A stretch of DNA of 64,000 nucleotides from Gammaproteobacteria bacterium (GTDB taxonomy: Bacteria > Pseudomonadota > Gammaproteobacteria > JAJPIJ01): the NCBI GenBank assembly GCA_022071965.1, contig JAJVIQ010000019.1:136793-200792 (forward strand), given 5' to 3'. Below the pieces are notes generated by a model, which was not told where the DNA came from, searched no databases, and worked only from the letters and a program-made list of their open reading frames with translations. Position numbers and translations under genes: made by a program. Below, piece after piece: positions 63,191 to 64,000 of the stretch; position 1 is the stretch's first letter, and each line of letters begins with the position of its first letter.

Positions 63191-63730
63191 ATGTACAAGC
63201 GAGTGTTGCAGGTATTGGTTCTCGTCGTCGCCGGCAGTCTCGTCTATGGCTGCTCCAAGAACACCAAGGAGGACGCCTCCTCGACCGAACAGGGACTGAG
63301 CCCCGAGGAACTGGCCGCGCAGACTCAGGGCACCGCCGAATCGCAGGGCCTGGAGGGCGGCGCGGTGAACGAGGGCACGGGCACGGATCTGACCGGCGCC
63401 GTCGGTTCCGACCGCATCATCTATTTCGACTACGACAGCAGCGAGGTTCGCGAGGAATTCCGCCCCATCATCGAGGCGGCGGTGAGCCACGTGGCGGCAA
63501 ACCCCGGCGCCGTGGTCTCGCTCGAGGGCCATACCGACGAGCGCGGCTCGCGTGAATACAACCTCGCCCTCGGCGAGCGCCGCGCGCAGGCGGTGCAGCG
63601 GCAGATGGTGCTGCTCGGCGCCGCCGGCACGCAGATCCGCACCATGAGCTACGGCGAGGAGCGGCCGCGGGATCCGGGTCACGACGAGGCCGCCTACGCC
63701 CAGAATCGCCGCGTGGAGGTCGCCTACTAG
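63191..63730 (+). CDS. pal: peptidoglycan-associated lipoprotein Pal
   Basis: The lipobox is SLVYGCS. The OmpA-like C-terminus reads IYFDYDSSEV...LEGHTDERGSREYNLALGERRAQAV. Confidence 0.9.
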   Translation: MYKRVLQVLVLVVAGSLVYGCSKNTKEDASSTEQGLSPEELAAQTQGTAESQGLEGGAVNEGTGTDLTGAVGSDRIIYFDYDSSEVREEFRPIIEAAVSHVAANPGAVVSLEGHTDERGSREYNLALGERRAQAVQRQMVLLGAAGTQIRTMSYGEERPRDPGHDEAAYAQNRRVEVAY

Positions 63731-63732
63731 TC

Positions 63733-64000
63733 ATGCGTCCCATGGTCGCGATGCGACGCGCTCGCCCGGGCGCACTCCGATTGCCCGCCCTGGCGGCTGC
63801 CATCGCCGCGATGCTGCACGTGCCCGGCGCCCCCGCCCAGGACGTGCCGGTGGTCGAGGCCGGCTACGGCGAGAACGTCGAGGCCCGGCTGCAGAAGCTC
63901 GAGCAATCGCTGCAGGGCCAGGGGCTGCTCGACCTGGCCAACCAGGTGGAGGCGCTGCAGCGCCAGGTGCGGCAGCTGCGCGGGCAGGTCGAGCAGCAGC
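63733..64000 (+). CDS. cpoB: CpoB/YbgF (cell division coordinator), 3' end runs off the window
   Basis: A signal peptide is followed by a coiled-coil N-terminus (LQKLEQSLQGQGLLDLANQVEALQRQVRQLRGQVEQQ). It lies immediately after pal. Confidence 0.8.
   Translation, partial: MRPMVAMRRARPGALRLPALAAAIAAMLHVPGAPAQDVPVVEAGYGENVEARLQKLEQSLQGQGLLDLANQVEALQRQVRQLRGQVEQQ

Overview
High-GC chromosomal window, probably from a gammaproteobacterium (guess from soxYZ, a pfp-hppA pair and a complete tol-pal cluster). The core genes are syntenic housekeeping and signalling loci: tgt-queA, a 1-Cys peroxiredoxin, a large set of PAS/GAF/GGDEF/EAL/histidine-kinase signalling genes, a GMC oxidoreductase, H+-pyrophosphatase plus PPi-phosphofructokinase, bepA, soxYZ, alkA, aspS, NrtR-nadA, yebC-ruvCAB and ybgC-tolQRAB-pal-cpoB. 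The most unusual region lies directly 3' of a tRNA-Leu(CAA) gene, from about 2.9 to 16.3 kb. It is a compositionally distinct mosaic of accessory DNA. Its first segment is flanked by a 14-bp direct repeat of the tRNA 3' end (attL/attR-like). This segment carries a dead P4-type integrase, an unknown ORF and a low-GC Type III restriction-modification pair (Mod of about 925-950 aa and Res of 1046 aa). Behind it is an accretion zone holding a frameshifted Mrr-like Type IV restriction enzyme, two further integrase fragments, IS630/481-like, IS21 and IS5-family remnants, a NYN-domain nuclease gene and an unassigned 258-aa ORF. Elsewhere there is a cluster of four roughly 65-bp REP/MITE-like repeats in alternating orientation between ruvB and ybgC. 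The NrtR gene appears to be leaderless, and SoxY ends in GGCS instead of the canonical GGCGG. Many long ORFs in the six-frame track are antisense artefacts of the high GC content and are not reported as genes.
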